A stretch of DNA of 20,308 nt from a virus (IMGVR_UViG_3300029582_000367:92950-113257), one strand, 5' to 3'. Shown: positions 9,300 to 15,851, numbered from the stretch's first letter. Numbers and translations are program-made. Notes: generated by a model from the sequence alone, not told the origin.

Positions 9300-9516
9300 C
9301 ACCTCCGTGGGTGAACACTTGTGTTTAGTTGGAATAGTCCAGAATATCCCGACCGAGAAAAAATCTACAATAAAGCCGCCCTCTTTTATTTGGATGTCTA
9401 AAAGGAGCGGGAATTCATTTGTTCTGACCAACATACACAGACTCCACGTGGAGAAAACGTTTTTCTGCGGTGGGAATACGTGGGATTTCCCCCCCCACTT
9501 CGTGCCTTCATGCACC

Positions 9517-9546
9517 ATTATAAACACGGATATAAAATTTTGTCAA
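9517..9546 (-). promoter_or_regulatory. sigma70/sigmaA-type promoter for recG
   Basis: TTGACA-N18-TATAAT on the - strand. Confidence 0.6.
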
Positions 9547-9708
9547 GTCTAAACCGCTGCAAAATAGAAAAAATTTTCATGGAAATCGCATAAATTATCC
9601 AAACATTTTGTCAAGTCTCAAACCCAGCACCACAACTGTGCCTTTGTCAGAAATGGCTATTTAAGGCGATTATCCTGTCAGTTAGAATTTTTGTCTTTAT
9701 AATTCGAC

Positions 9709-9737
9709 TTGACATTTTTCTACACTCGTGTTAGTAT
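9709..9737 (+). promoter_or_regulatory. sigma70/sigmaA-type promoter for the tRNA/ncRNA cluster
   Basis: TTGACA-N17-TAGTAT with extended -10 TG; same -10 hexamer as the repeated cassettes. Confidence 0.65.
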
Positions 9738-9926
9738 AAGACCGTGGACAGGGCAAGGAAATCGAAGCCGCAAAAGCTCGTTTTTAGTTGACAATTTTCC
9801 CTTTCGGGGAAGTGTAAACGTCAAGATTCCTGAACCCTCTCCGGTTTTCTTCTTTCTTTTATTAAACTCGTAAGCGCAACATAAAACCAGCCTCCTGAGG
9901 GAAGTGCGCGGAGGCTGCTTTGATAC

Positions 9927-9980
9927 CGTGCCGGCTCCGGTAGGGGAGCTTTGAATGGTTCGAATCCGTTCGGCACGCCA
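9927..9980 (+). ncRNA. minimal tRNA-like RNA lacking one arm
   Basis: Acceptor CGTGCCG/CGGCACG then CCA; T-arm AATGG-TTCGAAT-CCGTT; only one other hairpin, GCTCC-GGTAGG-GGAGC. Confidence 0.6.
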
Positions 9981-10134
9981 CCTGTTTTCACCGCTGTTGT
10001 CTTCACCTTCATCTTTTCCAACGTGCAGCGGACATGGAAACCTCTTTCTTCATCATGCAGTGCTGTTTGACCCCACGGTGCTGCAACACGGAGGGGCTGC
10101 GGCCATCTTAGTAGCCCCTCCGTCACCCCAAAAT

Positions 10135-10224
10135 GGCGATGTAGCACAAATGGTAGTGCATCCTGCCCAAGAGAGCTCCTTCGAGGGCCGTGGGATTATA
10201 TCGGTTCGAGTCCGGTCGTTGCCC
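10135..10224 (+). ncRNA. tRNA-like RNA with an 18-nt insertion in the anticodon loop
   Basis: Acceptor GGCGATG/CGTTGCC, D arm GCAC/GTGC, T arm ATCGG-TTCGAGT-CCGGT; anticodon stem TCCTG/TGGGA encloses 25 nt. Confidence 0.65.
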
Positions 10225-10321
10225 TTACCATCCTCAACCGAGGATGTGCCTTAACGGGGAGAATTGGGGCTTGGGCGACGTTGGTAAGGCTGCCGCCCAG
10301 CCTTAATTCTTCAAACCACAT

Positions 10322-10399
10322 GATGGCGTAGCATAATGGTAATGCCGTGCCTCTCTCACAGGCAACGTTATGCTGGTTCGACCCCAGCCGCTATCACCA
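10322..10399 (+). tRNA. atypical tRNA with anticodon CTC (Glu), possibly a pseudo-tRNA
   Basis: Acceptor GATGGCG/CGCTATC then ACCA; D arm GCAT/ATGC; TGCCT-CTCTCAC-AGGCA; T arm GCTGG-TTCGACC-CCAGC; extra nucleotides flank the anticodon stem. Confidence 0.65.
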
Positions 10400-10523
10400 A
10401 CCGGCGTTCCACCCACCCCGCCGGTATTCATGTCTCTCCGTGTTTCTCTTTTGAGAGAAACAGGCGGCCTCCGTGCAGGAGTGATTGACCTGCGAGGAGC
10501 GGAGGCCGCCATCGACCCAAAAT

Positions 10524-10599
10524 GCTGGTGTAGCTCAATCGGCAGAGCGGTTCATTCGTAACGAACAGGTTGTGGGTTCGATTCCCGCCGTCAGCTCCA
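10524..10599 (+). tRNA. tRNA-Thr(CGT)
   Basis: 76-nt cloverleaf, anticodon loop TTCGTAA, encoded CCA. Confidence 0.92.
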
Positions 10600-10730
10600 A
10601 TCCACACTTTTTCTCCTTTGCTTTTTTCATTTTTATCCCCCCTGTACGAAGCCCTCACAGACAACGCAGTTGAAAATTAAATTTCAGCCGCACTGCCTGT
10701 GGGGGCTTCAACCCCATCTATTGCCCATAT

Positions 10731-10806
10731 GCTGCTGTAGCTCAGTAGGTAGAGCAGCGGATTTGTAACCCGCAGGTCGGGAGTTCGAGCCTCCCCAGCA
10801 GCTCCA
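10731..10806 (+). tRNA. tRNA-Thr(TGT)
   Basis: 76-nt cloverleaf, anticodon loop TTTGTAA, encoded CCA. Confidence 0.92.
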
Positions 10807-10847
10807 TTTTCAATTTAACTCTCTACGGAGTCCATCTTATCATATAT

Positions 10848-10923
10848 GCGGATGTCGTCTAATTGGTGAGGCACCGGCCCTCCAAGCCGGTCATTGCGGG
10901 TTCGAGTCCCGTCATCCGCTCCA
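10848..10923 (+). tRNA. tRNA-Gly(TCC)
   Basis: GCGGATG/CATCCGC acceptor, anticodon loop CCTCCAA (C33 instead of U33), U73 and CCA. Confidence 0.88.
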
Positions 10924-10959
10924 AGGACGCCGTCGAGTGGCGTCCTTTCTTTATACCTG

Positions 10960-11525
10960 CTCACTGTCCGTTCATTGATTCGTTGCGGAAATCGGCGTCT
11001 CATGGACATCCTGTTCGCCGCAAGGCCTCGCTCTTTCGCTTGAGGCTACTGCGCCGAACCGCCTCGGACAGTATCGGCGAAATGCGAAAGTCTCCTGAAG
11101 CGTGAGAAGCGAACCGCCTGCGCCTATATGTAGGCGGTGGCGTGATAAGGGAGATACTCCGCATTGTTTCAGCCGCCGTGAGCGGGCATCAATGACAGGC
11201 AGAGGCTCCCGCCTACCGTGGTGCTAATTCACAGGCTGCTGTGATTGCCACGCTAAGATTCCAGAGGATTTAAGATTCCAGAGTTACGGTTCACTTTGAG
11301 CTGTGCTTATGGCATCTCTCGTACTTTGGAATCCCACTCCGTGAGGGGTGGGAGGAGTCAACTATGGGCACCTGCATTGCCCATGGGTACTGGGAAGCTG
11401 GGCAAATCTTAGGCACAGAAGCTCGTAGTCAAAGCCGACCCGCCGGACGCGGTGCGTCAGCTTTCAAATTGGGCTTTGTGGGGTCCAGTGTTCTTGCGGT
11501 TGGGTTGCCGCAGGGCCGGCAAAGA
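10960..11525 (+). ncRNA. candidate large multi-domain structured ncRNA
   Basis: No credible ORF; nested long-range helices at 10963-70/11065-72, 11075-86/11160-75 and 11301-09/11410-18; GNRA-capped hairpins. Confidence 0.5.
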
Positions 11526-11537
11526 ATAATTATCGGA

Positions 11538-11597
11538 TACGGCAAGGCGAGTCGGAATTAACGCCTGTAGAGACGAAATCCGTCGGTGAAACAGGAA
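11538..11597 (+). ncRNA. omegaRNA-like scaffold core, copy A, in the tnpB 5' leader
   Basis: TACGG...CGGAATTAACGCCTGTAGAGA...CGTCGGTGAAACAGGAA is homologous to 12754-12815 and 14443-14504. Confidence 0.65.
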
Positions 11598-11636
11598 TTT
11601 GGGGAACGCCAAAAAAATTGAAAGGACAAAAGAATT

Positions 11637-12695
11637 ATGGCGACGACATTTCAGGCTTTTAAGTATCGCATCTATCCCACAGATGAACAAATCGAGGTCA
11701 TCGAACGCACCTTCAAGTGCTGCCGCTTCGTGTGGAATCACTTTTTGGAGCGTACCAGCAAAATCTACGACCGCCGGCAGGAAAGTATGTCAAAGTTCGA
11801 CTGCATGAAGGTCCTGACCGAGATGCGTGAGCGCTGGCCGTGGCTGGAAGATTGCGGGTGTTCCGCAGAGCGATATGCTATCGTGAATCTGTTCGAGGCG
11901 CGTAAGGCCTTCTTCCGCCGTATAAAGGCAGGGGAGAAGCCCGGTTATCCCAAGTTCAAAAGTGCCCGTTGTCCGTCTCAGAGCTTTACTACCGCCGGAA
12001 CCATCTATGTGACGGACGAGTGCATCCAAGTCCCTTTCGGCAGTCAGTATCAGAAAATCAATAAGGTCAAGCGCGGCAGTGGCCGTCCCGCTGTGGGCAT
12101 CCCCCGCGAGGTCACGATATCCCGTTCCTCTACCGGTAAATACTGGGCATCCGTCTGTTGCATGGTGGAGCGCGAGGAACTGCCTGTCGCCGAGGGCGAA
12201 GTCGGTATCAGCCTCGGTCTGAAGGAGCTGGCTATCGACAGCAACGGCGTACACTATGAGAACCCGAAGCATCTGAGCAAGTCCGCAAAGCGTCTTGCTC
12301 GTGAGCAGCGTCGTCTGTCCCGCAAGCAGAAGGGTTCTGCCAACTATGAGAAGAACCGTAAGCTGGTGGCTGAAATCCATGAGCATATTGCCAACCAGCG
12401 GCGTGACTATCGACATAAAATCAGCCGCGAACTCGTCAACAGCAACCAGCTCATCGCTGTTGAAAAGGTGGCTGTCAAGTCTCTGGTTGAGGGCAACGAG
12501 CAGGCCAAGAGCATCCTCGATGCCGGCTGGTCTGAGCTGACCAGCATGATTAAGTATAAGGCTGAGTGGGCTGGACGCATTCTGGTGGACGTAGACACAG
12601 CCACCGTAGCGCCGGAAGCCAAGCATGACGAGGCGCTGGCACAGGTCGTGCTGTCCGAAGGTCAGCGCATGGCTTCCGAGCAGAAGCCTGCCTAA
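11637..12695 (+). CDS. tnpB: TnpB-family RNA-guided protein, predicted nuclease-dead (TldR- or dCas12f-like)
   Basis: AFKYRIYPT, CRFVWNHFL, GYPKFKS, ENPKHL, QRRLSRKQKGSAN and ILDAGW are IS605 TnpB hallmarks; RuvC-I reads VGISLG (S192 where D is expected); E276 kept; CxxC zinc finger absent; RuvC-III degenerate. Confidence 0.9.
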   Translation: MATTFQAFKYRIYPTDEQIEVIERTFKCCRFVWNHFLERTSKIYDRRQESMSKFDCMKVLTEMRERWPWLEDCGCSAERYAIVNLFEARKAFFRRIKAGEKPGYPKFKSARCPSQSFTTAGTIYVTDECIQVPFGSQYQKINKVKRGSGRPAVGIPREVTISRSSTGKYWASVCCMVEREELPVAEGEVGISLGLKELAIDSNGVHYENPKHLSKSAKRLAREQRRLSRKQKGSANYEKNRKLVAEIHEHIANQRRDYRHKISRELVNSNQLIAVEKVAVKSLVEGNEQAKSILDAGWSELTSMIKYKAEWAGRILVDVDTATVAPEAKHDEALAQVVLSEGQRMASEQKPA

Positions 12696-12705
12696 AGCCG
12701 AGCGA

Positions 12706-12734
12706 GAAAAGTGTGCAATGATTGCACACTTTTC
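12706..12734. repeat. perfect inverted repeat with 14-bp arms, between the tnpB stop and the scaffold
   Basis: GAAAAGTGTGCAAT-G-ATTGCACACTTTTC. Confidence 0.85.
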
Positions 12735-12753
12735 CAAGAAAACAATAATACGA

Positions 12754-12884
12754 GTACGGATGGTATGACCGGAATTTACGCCTGTGGAGATGCATGGTCG
12801 TCGTGGAAGCAGGAATACTCTGTAAGCTGGTTTTCATGTGAGAGATGATGCCGGCACCTTAGGGAACTGAATATGCCTGTGGCG
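12754..12884 (+). ncRNA. omegaRNA/tracrRNA-like scaffold, copy B, fused to CRISPR array 1
   Basis: ACCGGAATTTACGCCTGTGGAGA...GAAGCAGGAA resembles the tnpB 3' end/omegaRNA; highly similar over ~130 nt to 14443-14575. Confidence 0.75.
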
Positions 12885-13237
12885 GGTGTATGAGACCTGA
12901 AACGACAGGGTTGTATACCCAAATCGTGGAACATTTGTCTCAACCGACAGGTGTATGATACCCTGAAACGACAGGGTTGTATACCTGTGGGGCCGCTGTC
13001 GCTGACCGGTACGCCGGTATATAGGGCCCTGAAATAACAGGGTTGTATACCCCGGATGGGACGCGAGTAAGCCTCTATGTGGTGTATAAGGCCCTGAACT
13101 AACAGGGGTGTATACCAGAATATCCCGTCCTCATCGACCGACACAAGGCGTATAAGCCCCCGAAATAGCAGGGTTGTATACCAATGGCTCGTTCGGAATT
13201 TGGCATATACGGTTCTAAAATAACAGGGGTGTATACC
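12885..13237 (+). CRISPR. CRISPR array 1: 6 repeats, 5 spacers (strand inferred from tnpB)
   Basis: Repeats close to GGTGTATAAGGCCCTGAAATAACAGGGTTGTATACC at 12885-12919, 12950-12985, 13016-13051, 13081-13116, 13147-13182 and 13202-13237; unique spacers of 30, 30, 29, 30 and 19 nt. Confidence 0.9.
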
Positions 13238-13292
13238 GTTTGCAAATGAGTCTACATAACTATTGAAATCAAAAAGAAAGGAATATAAAAAC

Positions 13293-13871
13293 ATGGAACC
13301 TTCTATCAACCGAACCCTTACCGTCAGTGTCGTCAGCTATGGCGTCGTATCCGTCGTCAACGGAGTCATCAACGTTGACAATCAGGCTCCCATCGAGTTT
13401 CCCGCCGTGCTGGACGAGGCATCCGCTGCCAAGCTGCTGAAGAGCAGATACGGCGGCAAGCTGTTCCCCGTGGATGCGAATATCGTCGTGTCTTCCATCC
13501 GGCACGAGAAGTGGAAGTTCTCTATGGACCTGAGCCAGTTCGTCGCTACCGCTGCCCGCAGCCGCGTGGACGGCACCGCATCCGAGGCCGACGATGCCCC
13601 CGCAGAGGACATCCCCGCCACCGAGCCTGCTGCTCCTGCGCCTGAGACGGCACCCGCTGCTTCTCCTGCTATCCCCATGCCTTTGGTCTCTGAACCTGAG
13701 GAGGATTTTGCGCCTGTAGCTCCCGAAGCGCCTGCTCCCGCCGGTGGTTTCGCTCCTGAGACCCCCGTTTCTGCGCCCGCTGCTCCCGCAAAGGAAGTCC
13801 CCTATGGCGGCAACTTCGATTTTCCCTCTGGCTTCGGTGGCGACTTCGGTTCCGGCTTCTTCGGCGGTTAA
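13293..13871 (+). CDS. phi29 p6-like dsDNA-binding protein with a Pro/Ala/acidic tail
   Basis: GAAAGGA RBS before ATG 13293; the first ~90 aa follow the p6 pattern (R-x-LT...VNGVINV...F...L...A...LKSRYGG...IVVSS...FSMDLSQFVATA); similarity recalled, not searched. Confidence 0.65.
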   Translation: MEPSINRTLTVSVVSYGVVSVVNGVINVDNQAPIEFPAVLDEASAAKLLKSRYGGKLFPVDANIVVSSIRHEKWKFSMDLSQFVATAARSRVDGTASEADDAPAEDIPATEPAAPAPETAPAASPAIPMPLVSEPEEDFAPVAPEAPAPAGGFAPETPVSAPAAPAKEVPYGGNFDFPSGFGGDFGSGFFGG

Positions 13872-13877
13872 TAACCG

Positions 13878-14045
13878 ATGGATGTCGTGAACGTTGGACG
13901 TGGATGTCCTGATTGCATCAATAAGGAAACTCCGACGAATAAAGAACCCTGTAAGAGCTGTTCCCGCTGGAATAGGTGGGAACCTGACGAAAAGTGTAAG
14001 GAAAAGATGGCGGTCAAAGCCGCCCGTGAAAGGACAAAGAAATGA
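13878..14045 (+). CDS. small Cys-rich protein, 55 aa (not in the ORF track)
   Basis: MDVVNVGRGCPDCINKETPTNKEPCKSCSRWNRWEP...; CxxC-x11-CxxC; ATGA overlap with the next gene. Confidence 0.7.
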   Translation: MDVVNVGRGCPDCINKETPTNKEPCKSCSRWNRWEPDEKCKEKMAVKAARERTKK

Positions 14046-14359
14046 GTAATACCAAGGCATCTGAAAAGCCCGTCGTCGTATTCATCAGTAATGACAACGA
14101 TACCGTCATTGGTGTGATGGTCATTAAGAACGACGATGAAAACCTGCAGAACAATCTCGAAATCATTGAGAAAAACTGGGTTGCTGCTCGTAACGAGTTG
14201 CTCCAGCGGGCTCGTGAGGACGATAGCATTGAAGCAGACGAGGACGAGCTTCACATCGCATTCATCGCACACGAGTTGGAGATGTTCGACGAGCCCTATG
14301 AGACTATCGACATCTCCGGCGTTTACTCCGTCTCCAATGGGAATGTGGACCGCATCTAA
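14042..14359 (+). CDS. acidic hypothetical protein, 105 aa
   Basis: GAAAGGA RBS; hairpin downstream. Confidence 0.75.
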   Translation: MSNTKASEKPVVVFISNDNDTVIGVMVIKNDDENLQNNLEIIEKNWVAARNELLQRAREDDSIEADEDELHIAFIAHELEMFDEPYETIDISGVYSVSNGNVDRI

Positions 14360-14382
14360 GTTGGTCTTGGAGACACCCACAC

Positions 14383-14419
14383 AGCGGCGCAGGCCCTACT
14401 CCGGCGCCTGCGCCGCTTT
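14383..14419 (+). terminator. GC-rich hairpin, probable terminator or processing site
   Basis: AGCGGCGCAGGC/GCCTGCGCCGCT with a short T tail. Confidence 0.55.
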
Positions 14420-14442
14420 CCACTAAAAATCTTAAAAGTTAG

Positions 14443-14575
14443 GTACGGACGGTATAACCGGAATTAACGCCTGTGGAGATGCTTGGTCGTCGTGGAAGCA
14501 GGAAAGACTCTGTTAGCTGGTTATCATGTGAGAGGTGATACCAGCACCTTTAGGGAACTGAATATGCCTGTGTTG
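14443..14575 (+). ncRNA. omegaRNA/tracrRNA-like scaffold, copy C, fused to mini-array 2
   Basis: Direct repeat of 12754-12884 with substitutions that preserve the stem (GCTGGTTATCAT/GTGATACCAGC). Confidence 0.75.
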
Positions 14576-14678
14576 GGTGTATGGGGCCCTGAAATAACAG
14601 GGTTGTGTACCCGCACTTACCGTGATATCGAGCATTGTGTTAGGTGTATGGGGCCCTGAAATAACAGGGTTGTGTACC
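14576..14678 (+). CRISPR. CRISPR mini-array 2: 2 identical repeats, 1 spacer
   Basis: GGTGTATGGGGCCCTGAAATAACAGGGTTGTGTACC at 14576-14611 and 14643-14678; 31-nt spacer. Confidence 0.85.
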
Positions 14679-14744
14679 AGATTATATATGATATGTGTGT
14701 AGGTATTCGTTTAGGACAACTTGAAGTTGAAAGGAGGTCTCTGG

Positions 14745-15266
14745 ATGGCCTCAAAAAAAATATATAGTTCCCCTGAACTCTATGAGGACAAGTTGGTGCG
14801 CGTAATGGCGCGGCTTGGTATCGAAGAAGGCGACTACAACTACGACTGGAGTCGTCAGGAGTGTTGGGTTGAGTTCAGGTACAAGGGTGAGATTTACCGC
14901 TTCTCCCATAGCGTGAAGAACGCCCAAGAGCACGGCATCTCCCTGCAGTACGGCTCCGATGCCTTCGCACAGGTCGTGCTCTCCTTGGAAGACCTCGCCC
15001 GCATGGTCGAACGTGGTATCTACGACCTGTCCACATGGGTGGCCGGCATGAAAGCCCTGCCGGAGCGCTCCAAGCCTTTAGATGCCTGCTTTATTGCTCT
15101 CGGTTTCGTAGAGCCTCCCACATCCAAGGAAGAAATCACACTCCACTACCGCCGGTTGGCGAAGGTGTATCACCCTGATGCCGGCGGCGATAGCTCCTCA
15201 TTTGATGCGCTGTCTAACAACTATGCGAAATGTATGAAGATTTTCGAGGAGGTTGCCGACAAATAA
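14745..15266 (+). CDS. protein with a C-terminal DnaJ-type J domain
   Basis: AAGGAGG RBS before ATG 14745; LGF...EEI...YRRLAKVYHPDAGG (HPD motif). Confidence 0.85.
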   Translation: MASKKIYSSPELYEDKLVRVMARLGIEEGDYNYDWSRQECWVEFRYKGEIYRFSHSVKNAQEHGISLQYGSDAFAQVVLSLEDLARMVERGIYDLSTWVAGMKALPERSKPLDACFIALGFVEPPTSKEEITLHYRRLAKVYHPDAGGDSSSFDALSNNYAKCMKIFEEVADK

Positions 15267-15775
15267 TGTATATGTCTCAGAAAGAGTTCAACGCTATGAT
15301 GAAGAAAAATCCCCGCCTCCGTGTTCACGGTGCAAACAGCAACACCCGCGAACATCGCTCCAAAGCGAATAAGGCGGCAAAATATAGAAACGTAAAGGTC
15401 TACGAGTACGCCGATGGGCTGGCCTTTTTCGGTAAGCCCCGCAACAATGGTGAAATCCCCATCGCTGTCTATGACAGCAAGAAGGAATACCATCGCTGGA
15501 AAGAGCTTCAGATTTTGGAGCGCGGCGGTCATATCCACGACCTCCGCCGGCAGGTGCCTTTGACCATCATTACCGAGTTTGAGTATCGTGGTCAGAAGGT
15601 CTCCGGTATTACATACAAGGCCGACGCAGTCTATGTACGTGATGGAAAGCGTGTGGTCGAGGATGTAAAGCCCTTCGATACCACAACGCAGACGTATCGG
15701 ACCACCAAGGATTTCAACCTCAAGTGGAAGTTGCTGAAGGCAAAATATCCTACTTGGTCCTTTGAAATCTATTGA
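15266..15775 (+). CDS. DUF1064-like phage PD-(D/E)xK nuclease
   Basis: KYRN, YDSKKEY, LRRQV, ITYKADAVY, VVEDVK, F-x-LK-x-KLL motifs; start overlaps the upstream stop. Confidence 0.8.
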   Translation: MYMSQKEFNAMMKKNPRLRVHGANSNTREHRSKANKAAKYRNVKVYEYADGLAFFGKPRNNGEIPIAVYDSKKEYHRWKELQILERGGHIHDLRRQVPLTIITEFEYRGQKVSGITYKADAVYVRDGKRVVEDVKPFDTTTQTYRTTKDFNLKWKLLKAKYPTWSFEIY

Positions 15776-15851
15776 AAGGCTATTTAAGATTTGATGTGGG
15801 GAACCCACAAAAGGGTTAATATCCCTCCGCAAATTTGTTCGCTCCAAGAAC

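Noticed and set aside
9300..9527. 76-aa N-terminal extension of RecG in the ORF track
   Set aside because: The RBS is near 9300, the predicted promoter overlaps the upstream start, and ~684 aa fits normal RecG length
9821..11105. Short ORFs across the tRNA region
   Set aside because: They overlap tRNAs and hairpins and lack clear ribosome-binding sites
10960..11525. Group I/II intron, tmRNA, RNase P or SRP RNA
   Set aside because: Could not find group II domain V, tmRNA ends or the RNase P and SRP signature motifs by eye
11500..12900. Active IS200/IS605 or IS607 insertion sequence
   Set aside because: No adjacent tnpA, RuvC-I is inactivated, and the right end is replaced by an array
12885..13237. 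TIGR-type dual-spacer array or simple tandem repeat
   Set aside because: Single 36-nt repeats alternate with unique ~30-nt spacers; no box C/D motifs and no Nop-domain gene seen
12776..13309. 177-aa minus-strand ORF with GIQPCYFR-like repeats
   Set aside because: It is the translation of the CRISPR repeats (period ~66 nt) and has no independent coding evidence
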